Assembly (NCBI GenBank): GCA_031459935.1
Contig: JAVKHN010000001.1
Location: 23,388-87,387 of the forward strand
Length of the DNA: 64,000 bases
From: Candidatus Sysuimicrobium calidum
GTDB taxonomy: Bacteria > Sysuimicrobiota > Sysuimicrobiia > Sysuimicrobiales > Sysuimicrobiaceae
Direction: 5' to 3'
Each line of letters opens with the position of its first letter. The stretch's first letter is position 1. The notes under the pieces are model-generated. The model was not told where the DNA came from, searched no databases, and saw only the letters and a program-made list of their open reading frames with translations. Positions 9,119 to 18,693 of the stretch are shown here, piece by piece. Made by a program: the position numbers and the translations under genes.

Positions 9119-9832
9119 ATGTACGAGCCCCTGGAGCGCCCCAAAGTCTACCAGCTGCTGGCGGACCGACTCCTGCACCAGATCCGGACCCGCCAGCTCA
9201 AGCCGGGGGATGCGCTGCCCACAGAACAGGAGCTCATGCGACGCTTCGGGGTGGGCCGTTCCTCCGTGCGGGAAGCCCTGCGCTTGCTGGAATCCAAGGG
9301 GATGATCCGGTCCGCGGGACGCGGTTCCTTCGTGGTGGCCGCATACGAGCACGCCCTCGTGGACTCCCTGCGGTTTCTGCTCACCGTGGAGGCCTTCGAT
9401 CTCCTGGAGCTGTACGAGCTGCGCCGGATCCTGGAGGCGGAGCTGGCGGCCCTCGCGGCCAGGCGCCGGAACGCCGAGCACCTCCAGACCATGGCGGAAG
9501 CCATCGAGCAGATGCGATCAGGCCTGGCGGCAGAGGAGCCCGCACGGTACATCGAGGCGGATCTCCACTTCCACCTCACCGTGGCCCAGGCCACCTGCAA
9601 CCGGATGGCGGTGTACGTGATGCGGGCCATCCGGGACCCCCTGCACCGGGCTCTGCAGTCCGTCTACCACATCCCGGGAAGCCCAGAGGCGTCCATCGCC
9701 CAGCACCGGGAGATCCTGGCGGCCATCCACGCGCAGGACCCGGCGGCGGCCCGGGAGCGGATGCGGGAGCACCTGGGCCGGGTTTATACGGACATCCAGC
9801 GGGTGCTGAGGGGCGGGGAACATGAGGATTGA
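9119..9832 (+). CDS. GntR family transcriptional regulator (FadR/FCD subfamily)
   Basis: N-terminal winged HTH (LPTEQELMRRFGVGRSSVREALRLLESKGMI) plus C-terminal FCD-like helical domain. ATG at 9119 lies two nt after the permease stop; the ORF-track start at 8750 is a read-through artefact. Confidence 0.8.
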   Translation: MYEPLERPKVYQLLADRLLHQIRTRQLKPGDALPTEQELMRRFGVGRSSVREALRLLESKGMIRSAGRGSFVVAAYEHALVDSLRFLLTVEAFDLLELYELRRILEAELAALAARRRNAEHLQTMAEAIEQMRSGLAAEEPARYIEADLHFHLTVAQATCNRMAVYVMRAIRDPLHRALQSVYHIPGSPEASIAQHREILAAIHAQDPAAARERMREHLGRVYTDIQRVLRGGEHED

Positions 9833-9865
9833 AGGGAAGGCCAGTTCCGTTCGCAGGGGGTGGGA

Positions 9866-9912
9866 CTTGACCGGTGGCGATTGGGCGGGACTATGTATTG
9901 ATGTCATCACAC
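9866..9912 (+). promoter_or_regulatory. Putative sigma70-like promoter (TTGACC-N18-CTATGT) with overlapping perfect palindrome TGATGTCATCA (9899-9909), candidate operator
   Basis: Seen directly in the 108-bp gap between the GntR regulator gene and the amidohydrolase gene. Confidence 0.3.
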
Positions 9913-9940
9913 GACGCCACGGATAGGAGGGGGGAGGGCG

Positions 9941-11284
9941 ATGGCCAGGCGGATGCTCATCAAAAACGGGTGCGTGCTCACCCTGGACCGGCAGATCGGC
10001 AACTTCTCGCAGGCGGACGTCCTCATCGAGGATACCCGCATCGCCGCGGTGGGTCCCAACCTGACCGCGGCGGACGCGGAGGTCCTCGATGCGTCCGGGA
10101 TGATCGTCATGCCGGGGTTCATCGACACCCACCGGCACTGCTGGGAGGGCATCCTGCGGAACATCGGGACGGACGTGCCGTTGGAGGGGGAGCGGAGCTA
10201 CCTTGCCTTCGTCCTCAACCAGCTGGCGCCCGCCTACCGGCCCGAGGACGTGTACATCGCGAACCTGGTGAGCGCCCTGGGGTGCATCGACGCGGGCATC
10301 ACCACGGTTCTGGACTGGTCCCACATCCAGACCACTCCGGAGCACACGGACGCGGCCATCCGCGCCCTGCAGGAGGCGGGCATCCGCGCGGTGTTCGCGT
10401 ACGGCCGGCCGTGGTTCGAGCCCCCTAAGCCTGAACACCCGGCCTGGATCCGACGGGCTGCCCAGCAGTACTTCTCCTCGAAGGACCAGCTCCTTACCTT
10501 CGGCCTGGCGATCTTCGGGCCGGAGTTCGACTCCCTGGAAGGATGTCGGGCGGACTGGCAGCTCGCCCGGGAGCTGGACGCGCGCATCACGACCCACGTG
10601 GGCGTGGGCACCTTCGGGAGACACGGCAAGGTGGGGGAGGTGGGCCGGACGGGGCTGTACGGCCCGGACACCACCTTTATCCACTGCTGCACGCTGAGCG
10701 ACGAGGAGATCCGCCTGATCGTGGACTCGGGGGCCACCGTCTCCCTGGCCTGCCCGGTGGAGATGATGATGGGGCACGGGATGCCTCCCATCCAGCGCTT
10801 CCTGGATCTGGGCCTGCGTCCCAGTCTGAGCGTGGACGTGGAGACCAACGTTCCCAACGACATGTTCACGCAGATGCGGAGTGCGATCTCGCTGCAGCAC
10901 ATGCTGGTGTTCGAGCAACGACTGGCAGGCCGGGAGGACGCACCGCCGCCCGTGACCACCCGGGACGTGCTGGAGTGGGCCACCATCGAGGGGGCCCGTG
11001 CCAACGGGCTGGATCACAAGGTGGGGACCCTCACGCCGGGCAAGGAGGCGGACATCATCCTGTTGCGCACGGATCGCCCGAACATCTTCCCCGTCAACGA
11101 TCCCATCGGTGCAGTGGTGTGGGGGATGGATACGAGCAATGTGGACACGGTGATGGTAGCGGGCAGAATCCTCAAGCGCGGTGGCGAGCTGGTGGGAGTG
11201 GACCTGAACCGGGTGCGGCAGCTCGCCTACCAGTCCCGGGACTACGTGGTGTCCAAGTCCGGGTTCCGGCTGCCCGAGATCTAA
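9941..11284 (+). CDS. Amidohydrolase family protein (TRZ/ATZ-type chlorohydrolase/aminohydrolase/deaminase superfamily)
   Basis: 447 aa with metal-binding HxH motif (GFIDTHRHCWEG) and a later HxxG...D pattern typical of PF01979. RBS GGAGGGG upstream. Confidence 0.8.
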   Translation: MARRMLIKNGCVLTLDRQIGNFSQADVLIEDTRIAAVGPNLTAADAEVLDASGMIVMPGFIDTHRHCWEGILRNIGTDVPLEGERSYLAFVLNQLAPAYRPEDVYIANLVSALGCIDAGITTVLDWSHIQTTPEHTDAAIRALQEAGIRAVFAYGRPWFEPPKPEHPAWIRRAAQQYFSSKDQLLTFGLAIFGPEFDSLEGCRADWQLARELDARITTHVGVGTFGRHGKVGEVGRTGLYGPDTTFIHCCTLSDEEIRLIVDSGATVSLACPVEMMMGHGMPPIQRFLDLGLRPSLSVDVETNVPNDMFTQMRSAISLQHMLVFEQRLAGREDAPPPVTTRDVLEWATIEGARANGLDHKVGTLTPGKEADIILLRTDRPNIFPVNDPIGAVVWGMDTSNVDTVMVAGRILKRGGELVGVDLNRVRQLAYQSRDYVVSKSGFRLPEI

Positions 11285-11355
11285 GCCGGGAGGGGCAGAG
11301 AAGGGCTGCGGGGAGAGTCGGCCGAATCCAGCAAACACCGCAAGGAGGAGCTGAG

Positions 11356-12057
11356 ATGCGAGGGGATGGCGCGGTGGTGATCATCGGCGGGACGTCCGGC
11401 ATCGGCCTGGAGATCGCCCGCCACTATGCGGGCCAGGGACGTTCGGTGGTGATCTCCGGGCGGAATGCGGCCCGGGCCGCGGAGATCGCTCGACAGATCG
11501 GCCCCACGGTCCGGGGCATCGGGCTCGACCTGACCCGGCCGGAAGAGGTTTCCGGGAGACTGGCCGAGATCGGCACGGTGGACGGACTGGTGCTGGGCGC
11601 CATCACGCGGGACCAGAACCGTGTGCGGGAGTACAGCATCCCGAGCGCCCTCAGCCTCGTCACCCTCAAGCTGGTGGGCTACACCGCGGTGGTTCATGCC
11701 CTCCACACACGGATGCACCCGGAGAGCGCCATCGTCATCTTCGGGGGCCTGGCGAAGGAGCGGCCCTACCCGGGCTCCACCACGGTCACCACCGTGAACG
11801 CCGGGGTCTCGGGGTTGGTGCGGACCCTGGCCGTGGAGCTGGCCCCGATCCGGGTGAACGCCATCCATCCCGGAATCGTGGGCGATAGCCCCTACTGGGC
11901 CAACAACAGGGAGATGCTGGAGCGGGTGCAGGCGCGAACTCCCACGGGGCGGCTGGTGCGGATGGCAGATGTGGTACACGCGGTGGCCTTCCTGCTGGAG
12001 AACCCCGCGGTGAACGGGGTCGAGCTCTACGTGGACGGTGGCTGGGTGTTCGGGTAG
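11356..12057 (+). CDS. SDR family oxidoreductase
   Basis: N-terminal GGTSGIGLEIA (TGxxxGxG) Rossmann motif; RBS AGGAGGAG. The ORF-track start at 10543 is a read-through artefact. Confidence 0.8.
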   Translation: MRGDGAVVIIGGTSGIGLEIARHYAGQGRSVVISGRNAARAAEIARQIGPTVRGIGLDLTRPEEVSGRLAEIGTVDGLVLGAITRDQNRVREYSIPSALSLVTLKLVGYTAVVHALHTRMHPESAIVIFGGLAKERPYPGSTTVTTVNAGVSGLVRTLAVELAPIRVNAIHPGIVGDSPYWANNREMLERVQARTPTGRLVRMADVVHAVAFLLENPAVNGVELYVDGGWVFG

Positions 12058-12082
12058 CCAGACCGAGATTGAGGAGGACAGG

Positions 12083-13024
12083 ATGCATCGGGTGGCACGG
12101 ATAGACCGGGAAGCGATGCAGGTACCGGAGCTGTTCGCCGGGCACAGCCAGGGCTTTCGGCGGCAGTCCCTGGTGGACGGCACCACCGGATCGGTGCACA
12201 TGGGCTTTGCCGTCTGCATGTTAGAGGGAGGGGGGCACATCGCGCCTCACGTGCAGTCCTACGAGGAGGCGGTGTTCGTCCTCGAGGGCGAGGTGGAACT
12301 CACCATGCAGGGAGAGACGGTCCTCTTGGGGACCGACGAGGGAGGGCTCATCCCCGTGGGCGTGCCGCACAGCTGGCGCAACCCCGGTGACCGCCCCTGC
12401 CTGTGGGCGGAGATGCGCTCTCCTCGGCCGCGGGAGAGCCAGAGCGATCCCCCCGACGTGTTCTTCCTCCGGGAACCTCTCCTGGCCGGGCCGCCGCGGC
12501 GGGTGGACGTTCGGGATCCGCGTCACTTCCGCTTCTTCCACTTCGAGAAGGCTCAGATGGACCTCAATAGCGCGCGGCGGGGGAGCTCCGTGGATGCCCC
12601 CACGGTCTCCCCCAGCATGGTGACGGCGCTGCTGGTCTACAGCGGCATCGGCATCAAGATGCTCGTGGACCCGCAGCAGGGGGCGAACCTGCTCACCATG
12701 TTCATGGTGGAGTACGAGCCGGGCGGGGTTGCCCACCCGCACGACCATCCCCTGGAGGAGGCGTACCTGATCCTGGAAGGGGAGGTGGACGCGGTGGCGG
12801 ATGGCCAGACGTACCAGTTGCGGGCGGGCGACTTCTTCTGGACCGGAGTGGGGACCGTCCACGCGTTCTACAATCGGTCCTCCGGGAAGGTCCGGTGGCT
12901 GGAGACGCAGGCACCGCAGCCCCCGCGCCAGCACTCCTACCGGTTCAACCGTGATTGGGAATACCTGGCCCGGCTGCTGGGAGCGGAGCCCGCTCGGGGC
13001 TCTGCCGCGACGCGAATGCCGTAA
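12083..13024 (+). CDS. Bicupin (two cupin domains) protein, possibly ureidoglycine aminohydrolase-like
   Basis: Two repeated cupin-like segments, each with G-x-H...E...G motifs. Specific function is inference from neighbourhood only. Confidence 0.5.
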   Translation: MHRVARIDREAMQVPELFAGHSQGFRRQSLVDGTTGSVHMGFAVCMLEGGGHIAPHVQSYEEAVFVLEGEVELTMQGETVLLGTDEGGLIPVGVPHSWRNPGDRPCLWAEMRSPRPRESQSDPPDVFFLREPLLAGPPRRVDVRDPRHFRFFHFEKAQMDLNSARRGSSVDAPTVSPSMVTALLVYSGIGIKMLVDPQQGANLLTMFMVEYEPGGVAHPHDHPLEEAYLILEGEVDAVADGQTYQLRAGDFFWTGVGTVHAFYNRSSGKVRWLETQAPQPPRQHSYRFNRDWEYLARLLGAEPARGSAATRMP

Positions 13025-13047
13025 CCAAAAAAGGGGGGTGTACCACG

Positions 13048-14286
13048 ATGAAGGCAGGACGCGTGAACACGGGGATCGGCCGTGTGGTACTTCTGGTGGC
13101 TCTTCTCGCCCTGCTCCTCGTTCAGGCCCAGCTTCCTGCGCAACCGCGTCCCATCCGGGTGGGCGGGACCCTGCCCCTCACAGGGGTGTTCGCCGCGCAG
13201 GGGAAGGTTCACGAGGCAGCGGGACGGGCGTTCGTGCAGATGATGAATGAGAAGGGAGGGCTGCTGGGACGGCCTCTTGAGTGGGTGCTTCTGGACGATG
13301 AGTCCCAGCCCGACAAGGCAGCTGCCCTGTACGAGCGCCTCATCACGGAGGATAAGGTGGACCTGATCATCGGGCCCTACGGGACCGCGGCCATCACGGC
13401 GGCCATGCGGGTGGCGGAGAAGTACGGGTACGTGTTCCCGCACCACACGGCCAGCCTGACCTACGCGTACACGTATCGGCGCCACTTCCCCACCTGGTAC
13501 GTGGGGCTGAACACCCACATCACCACGCCGTCCAAGGTGTTCGACGCCTACCTCTCCCTGCCGCCGGGGCAGCGGCCGCGGACCGTGGGGTTCGTGGTCA
13601 ACAAGTTCCCCGGTACGCAGTTCCTGGCCTACGGGCGGGCCAACGCAGGCGGCGCGGTGCGGGTGGCGCGACAGAAGGGGCTGCAGGTGGTCTTGGACGT
13701 CCAGTTCGATCTCGGGACCACGGATTGGATCCCCGTGGCCCAGCAGGTGCGCCGCGCGAACCCCGATCTGCTCTACGTGGCGGGCCTCGCCCTGGACGGG
13801 GTCAATCTGCTGCAGGCCCTGGCCCAGCTGGGTTGGCGACCCCGGTATCACTTCTACCAATGGCCGTCCCCCGGGGCCATGCTGGCCGCCCTGCCCCTGA
13901 CGGACCGGGCCACGAGCGTGACCATCTTCGTGCCCCACGAGCCGTACCTCTCGAATCCAGGCGCCCGGGATTTCGTGAACCGCTACCGGGCATGGGCGAA
14001 GGCCACGGGCCTGGCTTACTCGGAGCCGGATGTGCAGTCCGCCGCGAGCTGGTCTGCCTGGCAGGTCCTGACCTTCGGCGTCCAGGAGTGCCGCTGCCTG
14101 GACCACGCGCGGATCGCGGAGGTGCTGCTCTCCAAGCCGGTGCCCACGGTGCAGGGATACCTGAAGTTCGATCCGCAGCAGCAGAACTACGGGGACGACA
14201 TCCAGGCGGTGATGCAGATCCAGGACGGCCGGTGGTGGGCGGTTTGGCCGAGACAGCTGGCGGCGGAGGGCCGCCGGTTGCGGTGA
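13048..14286 (+). CDS. ABC transporter substrate-binding protein (Liv/amide-type PBP type I)
   Basis: Signal peptide (MKAGRVNTGIGRVVLLVALLALLLVQA), about 410 aa, followed by LivH/LivM/LivG/LivF-like genes. Confidence 0.8.
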   Translation: MKAGRVNTGIGRVVLLVALLALLLVQAQLPAQPRPIRVGGTLPLTGVFAAQGKVHEAAGRAFVQMMNEKGGLLGRPLEWVLLDDESQPDKAAALYERLITEDKVDLIIGPYGTAAITAAMRVAEKYGYVFPHHTASLTYAYTYRRHFPTWYVGLNTHITTPSKVFDAYLSLPPGQRPRTVGFVVNKFPGTQFLAYGRANAGGAVRVARQKGLQVVLDVQFDLGTTDWIPVAQQVRRANPDLLYVAGLALDGVNLLQALAQLGWRPRYHFYQWPSPGAMLAALPLTDRATSVTIFVPHEPYLSNPGARDFVNRYRAWAKATGLAYSEPDVQSAASWSAWQVLTFGVQECRCLDHARIAEVLLSKPVPTVQGYLKFDPQQQNYGDDIQAVMQIQDGRWWAVWPRQLAAEGRRLR

Positions 14287-14311
14287 GGTCTCCGGAGCCC
14301 GGGTCCTCCCC

Positions 14312-15190
14312 ATGGTAGAGCTCGCGCAAGCCACGGTATCCGGGGTCCTCATGGGGACCTTCTATGCGCTCCTGGCCCTCGGTCTGACTCTGGCCTGGGG
14401 ATTCTTCGAGACCATCGATTTCACGCACTTCGCCATCATCTTCGGGTTCGGATACGTGGCGTACGAGCTGGCGACCCGGGGCGTGGACCTGCGGCTCGTG
14501 CTGCTCTTGGTGGCCCCCGCGGGAGCCCTGGCGGGAGTGCTCTGGCGGCTCGTTCTGCGTCGGCTGCGGCTGGACGCAGCGCGTTCCCTGGTGTTCACCT
14601 TCGGCGCCCTGGTGGTGTTCGAGGGACTCTCGAAGCTCGTGTGGACCGCGGATTACCGACGGATTCCCACCGCGCAGAACCCGTACGCGATGGGGGCGGT
14701 GGCCCTGGGCCCCCTCGCCCTCCCGTTCACGCAGGTGGTCTCCTTCGCCCTCTCGCTGGTGGTGGCCGGTGCGGTGGGCCTGTGGCTGAGGCAGAGCTAT
14801 GCCGGAAAGGCGCTGCGGGCCGCGGTATCCGACGAGGAGATGGCACGCTCCTGCGGGGCCGACGTGGAGCGGCTCCGGCTCCTGATCGCCGCCCTGGGAG
14901 GCGCTACGGGCGGGATCGGCGGCGTGCTGGTGGCCATGAACTACGCGCTCTTTCCGAACGCGGCGGAGCAGTGGATCGGCCTTCTGTTCGCGGCCGTGAT
15001 CCTGGGCGGTATCGGGAACCCGGCGGGTCTGGTGTTGGGCGGGACGGTGATCGGGATTGCAGAGGCCCTGGCACAGGGACTGGGCGCCACCGCGGTGGCG
15101 CGTCTGGTGGGCGCTGCGGCCCTGGTGATCGGGCTCCTTGTGCGTCCGGAAGGCCTCTTCCCCAGCGTGCTGGGGCGGCGGGAAGGATGA
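14312..15190 (+). CDS. Branched-chain amino acid ABC transporter permease (LivH-like)
   Basis: 292-aa hydrophobic protein, paralogous to the 4175-5053 gene. Confidence 0.8.
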   Translation: MVELAQATVSGVLMGTFYALLALGLTLAWGFFETIDFTHFAIIFGFGYVAYELATRGVDLRLVLLLVAPAGALAGVLWRLVLRRLRLDAARSLVFTFGALVVFEGLSKLVWTADYRRIPTAQNPYAMGAVALGPLALPFTQVVSFALSLVVAGAVGLWLRQSYAGKALRAAVSDEEMARSCGADVERLRLLIAALGGATGGIGGVLVAMNYALFPNAAEQWIGLLFAAVILGGIGNPAGLVLGGTVIGIAEALAQGLGATAVARLVGAAALVIGLLVRPEGLFPSVLGRREG

Positions 15191-16317
15191 GCAAATTGCG
15201 GATCTGGTGGGCTGCTGCGGGCGTCCTGATGGCCCTGCTCCTGGTGCCGACCGCGGTGCGGGCCCTGGAGCTGCCCGCCTACTACCTGGTGTTCCTGTAC
15301 TTCTACTTCTTCTGGGTCACGCAGGCCACCAGCTGGAACCTGATCTCAGGCTATGCGGGATACTTCAGCTTCGGTCAGGGCGCCTTTTACGGCGCGGGCG
15401 TGTACGGTGCCGCCGTGCTCATCGATCGGCACGGGGTGCCCTACGGGATCGCGATCCTGGCCGGGGCCGTGGCGAGTGCTCTCATCGCCTCCGCCATCGG
15501 GGTGGTGACCTTCCGCCTGCGCCAGATCCGCGGGCCGGTATTCGCCCTGGTCACCCTGGCCGTGGCGCTGGCGATGCACAGCCTTGCGAACAACGTCAGC
15601 TACCTGGATGGCGGCCGGGGGATCCCGCTGCCCAAGCTCACCTACCCCTTCGGCCTCTCGGACGTGGAGTTCCTGTACTACGCGGGGCTCGGGGTGGGCC
15701 TGGTGGCCGTGGTGATGGGGTGGTGGACCTACCGGAACCGGCACGGGTGGGGCCTGCGGGCGATCCACGACGACGAACGTGTGGCCGAGGGCCTGGGAGT
15801 CCCCACCTTCGCGTACAAACTGGGCGCGCTCGCGCTGAGCGGGGCTCTGGCGGGCCTGAGCGGGGGGCTTCATGCCCTGCAGGTCCGGTACGTCACCGCG
15901 GACGCGGTGTTCTCCCTGCGGGTGCCGCTCCTGGTGATCATGATGTGCGTGCTGGGAGGGCGTCGCCACTGGCTGGGGCCGGTGGTGGGGGCCGGCGTAG
16001 TGCACGCCATCAACGACCGGCTCAGCGGGCCCGGACTGGGCAGCCTCAGTGAGGTCCTCATGGGCCTGCTCCTCATGGTGGTGGTGGCCACCCTCCCGGA
16101 GGGCATTTACAGTCAGCTGCGCCAGCGGGGGACCGCCGCGGGACTCGTGGGCCTGGGAGGCCTGGCAGCCGCGCTGGCTGCCCGCCTGGCCCTCCTCGAT
16201 GCCCTCGCGGTGGGGATCGCCGTAGCTGTGGTCTTCCTGGTGCTCCGGACGCGCCGCTTCGCCATCGGGCCCTGGCACAGAGGTAAGGCCCGAGAGGTGG
16301 AGGCCGCCCGTGGCTGA
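15187..16317 (+). CDS. Branched-chain amino acid ABC transporter permease (LivM-like)
   Basis: ATG at 15187 overlaps the upstream stop (ATGA). Hydrophobic; paralogous to the 5058-6074 gene. Confidence 0.8.
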   Translation: MSKLRIWWAAAGVLMALLLVPTAVRALELPAYYLVFLYFYFFWVTQATSWNLISGYAGYFSFGQGAFYGAGVYGAAVLIDRHGVPYGIAILAGAVASALIASAIGVVTFRLRQIRGPVFALVTLAVALAMHSLANNVSYLDGGRGIPLPKLTYPFGLSDVEFLYYAGLGVGLVAVVMGWWTYRNRHGWGLRAIHDDERVAEGLGVPTFAYKLGALALSGALAGLSGGLHALQVRYVTADAVFSLRVPLLVIMMCVLGGRRHWLGPVVGAGVVHAINDRLSGPGLGSLSEVLMGLLLMVVVATLPEGIYSQLRQRGTAAGLVGLGGLAAALAARLALLDALAVGIAVAVVFLVLRTRRFAIGPWHRGKAREVEAARG

Positions 16318-17053
16318 GGTGCTGCTGGACCTGCAGGGGGTGCGGAAGAGCTTCGGAGGGGTCCGGGCGCTTCAGGACGTATCCCTGCAGGTCCGGGAGG
16401 GCGAGATCGTGGGCCTGATCGGTCCCAACGGCTCCGGCAAGTCCACCCTGATCAACGTCGCCACCGGGTACTACCCTCTGGACGGAGGGCGGATCTGGTT
16501 TTGCGGATTCGACATCACGGGGTTGCCGCCCCACCGCCGTGCCCGGCTGGGCTTGGCGAGGACCTACCAGCACCCGCGGCCCTTCTGGCAGTTCACCGCC
16601 CGGGACAACGTGGCCCTGGGGGACCTGTTCGGGCGGAACGCGCGGGGACGCACGCCGCAGGCCGCGCGGGAGGCGGCCCAGCAGTGGCTGATGATGCTGG
16701 GCCTGGAGGCTGCAGCGTCGGAGCCGGTGAGCGCTCTGACGCTGCAGGAGCGGCGCCTGTTGGAACTGGCCAGGGTCCTCGCAAGCCGTCCTCGGGCCAT
16801 CCTGGCGGACGAGGTGCTGGCCGGACTCACGGTGGGGGAGGCGGAACGGGTGATGGAGGCGCTGCGGAGAATCCGGGACATGGGCGTGGGGCTCCTCGTG
16901 GTGGAGCACAACGTCAAGGCCATTCGGGCGCTGGCGGACCGGATCGTGGTCCTCCACGAGGGACGGGTCCTGACCGAGGGGTTGCCCGAACAGGTGCTTC
17001 AGGATGAGCGCGTGCGTCAGGCTTACCTGGGAGGGTCTAGCGCGCATGCTTGA
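16310..17053 (+). CDS. ABC transporter ATP-binding protein (LivG-like)
   Basis: Walker A GPNGSGKSTLIN, Walker B ILADE. Confidence 0.85.
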   Translation: MAEVLLDLQGVRKSFGGVRALQDVSLQVREGEIVGLIGPNGSGKSTLINVATGYYPLDGGRIWFCGFDITGLPPHRRARLGLARTYQHPRPFWQFTARDNVALGDLFGRNARGRTPQAAREAAQQWLMMLGLEAAASEPVSALTLQERRLLELARVLASRPRAILADEVLAGLTVGEAERVMEALRRIRDMGVGLLVVEHNVKAIRALADRIVVLHEGRVLTEGLPEQVLQDERVRQAYLGGSSAHA

Positions 17054-17753
17054 GGTTCAGGATCTGGAGGTCCGCTACGGGGAGGCGCGGGCCCTGGAAG
17101 GGGTCACCTTCACCGTCCACGAGGGCGAGGTGGTGGCGGTCCTGGGTCCGAACGGCGCGGGCAAGAGCACGCTGGTGAAGAGCATTGCGGGCTGGGTAGG
17201 CATCCGGCGGGGGAATGTGCGGTTTTTGGGGGAATCCCTCCTGGGCCTTCCGCCGGAGCGGATCTGTGCACGGGGCATCGGGCTGGTTCCGGAGGGGCGG
17301 CGGGTCTTCGCGGACCTGACGGTGAGGGAGAACCTGGAGCTGGGCGCGTTCCATCCCCGGGCCCGGCAGCGCGCCCGGGAGACCCTCGAGCAGGTCCTCC
17401 ATCTCTTCCCCAGACTGCGGGAGCGTCTGGGACAGCGCGCCGGAAGCCTGAGCGGCGGCGAGCAACAGATGCTGGCCATCGGACGTGCGCTGATGGGAAC
17501 ACCGAAGCTGCTGCTGATGGACGAGCCATCGTTGGGTTTGGCGCCCGTCATGGTGGAGGCGGTCTTCCGGTTCGTGCAGGAGGCCCGCACCCTGGGCCTG
17601 TCCATCCTCCTGGTGGAGCAGAACGCGGTATGGGCCCTGGCGGTGGCCAGCCGAGGTGTGGTGATGGACCGGGGTCGCGTCGTGACGGAGGGAACCCGGG
17701 AGGCGCTGCTGCGGGATCCGCGAGTCCAGGACGCCTACCTGGGGGTGGGGTGA
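17046..17753 (+). CDS. ABC transporter ATP-binding protein (LivF-like)
   Basis: Walker A GPNGAGKSTLVK, signature LSGGEQQMLAI, Walker B LLMDEP. Confidence 0.85.
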   Translation: MLEVQDLEVRYGEARALEGVTFTVHEGEVVAVLGPNGAGKSTLVKSIAGWVGIRRGNVRFLGESLLGLPPERICARGIGLVPEGRRVFADLTVRENLELGAFHPRARQRARETLEQVLHLFPRLRERLGQRAGSLSGGEQQMLAIGRALMGTPKLLLMDEPSLGLAPVMVEAVFRFVQEARTLGLSILLVEQNAVWALAVASRGVVMDRGRVVTEGTREALLRDPRVQDAYLGVG

Positions 17754-17789
17754 GGGAGAGGGGGATTGCGGAGCTCGGGGAGGACAGCG

Positions 17790-18680
17790 GTGGAGAGGAT
17801 CGGGTTTGTCGGGCTCGGCGTGATGGGGGGCCGGATGGTGAAGCGGCTCCTGCAGGCGGGCCGTGCCGTGGTGGGCTACAACCGGACCAAGGCCAAGGCG
17901 AGGTGGCTTGTGGACCTGGGGATGGAGTGGGCGGACTCCCCCCGGGAGGTGGCGGAGGCCGCAGACGTGGTCTTCACCATGGTCACGGACACCCAGGCAC
18001 TCCTTGCGGTCACGGAGGGACCGGAGGGCATCCTGGCGGGATTGGGGCCCGGCAAGATCTACGTGGACATGAGCACGGTGAGCCCCGCCGCGAGCCGGGC
18101 CCTGGCGGAGAAGGTGCGAGCGCGGGGAGCGCGAATGCTGGACGCTCCGGTGTCCGGGAGCGTGACGACCCTGGAGGAGGGCCGGCTGTCGATCATGGTG
18201 GGCGGGGATCGGGAAGCCTTCGAGCGGGTGCTCCCCATCCTCCGGGACATCGGGCCCGTGGTGACCCACGTGGGCGGGAACGGGCAGGCGGTGCTCATGA
18301 AGATCGCGACAAACCTCAGCCTGGCGGTCCAGATGCTGGCCTACAGTGAGGGGGTGTTGCTGGCGGAGAAGGCGGGGATCCCCCGGGAGGTGGCGGTACA
18401 GGTGCTGCTCAACAGCGTAGCAGCCTCTCCCATGCTCAAATACCGGGGTCCCTTCGTGCTCCAGATGCCCGAGGAGGCGTGGTTCGACGTGAACATGATG
18501 CAGAAGGACCTGCTGCTCGCCCTGGAGGCGGGCCGGGAGCTCAACGTGCCCCTGCCCACCACGGCGGTGACCAACGAATACCTCACCGCCGCGCGGGGCA
18601 TGGGCCTGGATCGGTACGACTTCGCGGTCCTGTTCGAGGTCCTGTCCCGCCTGAGCGGGCGGTCACCCCAGCTGCCGTAG
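17790..18680 (+). CDS. NAD(P)-dependent oxidoreductase, 3-hydroxyisobutyrate dehydrogenase / 2-hydroxy-3-oxopropionate reductase family
   Basis: N-terminal GFVGLGVMGGRM Rossmann motif and HIBADH-like catalytic region. GTG at 17790 preceded by GGGAGG; the ORF-track TTG at 17766 is less likely. Confidence 0.75.
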   Translation: MERIGFVGLGVMGGRMVKRLLQAGRAVVGYNRTKAKARWLVDLGMEWADSPREVAEAADVVFTMVTDTQALLAVTEGPEGILAGLGPGKIYVDMSTVSPAASRALAEKVRARGARMLDAPVSGSVTTLEEGRLSIMVGGDREAFERVLPILRDIGPVVTHVGGNGQAVLMKIATNLSLAVQMLAYSEGVLLAEKAGIPREVAVQVLLNSVAASPMLKYRGPFVLQMPEEAWFDVNMMQKDLLLALEAGRELNVPLPTTAVTNEYLTAARGMGLDRYDFAVLFEVLSRLSGRSPQLP

Positions 18681-18693
18681 GGAGGGAGGAGCG

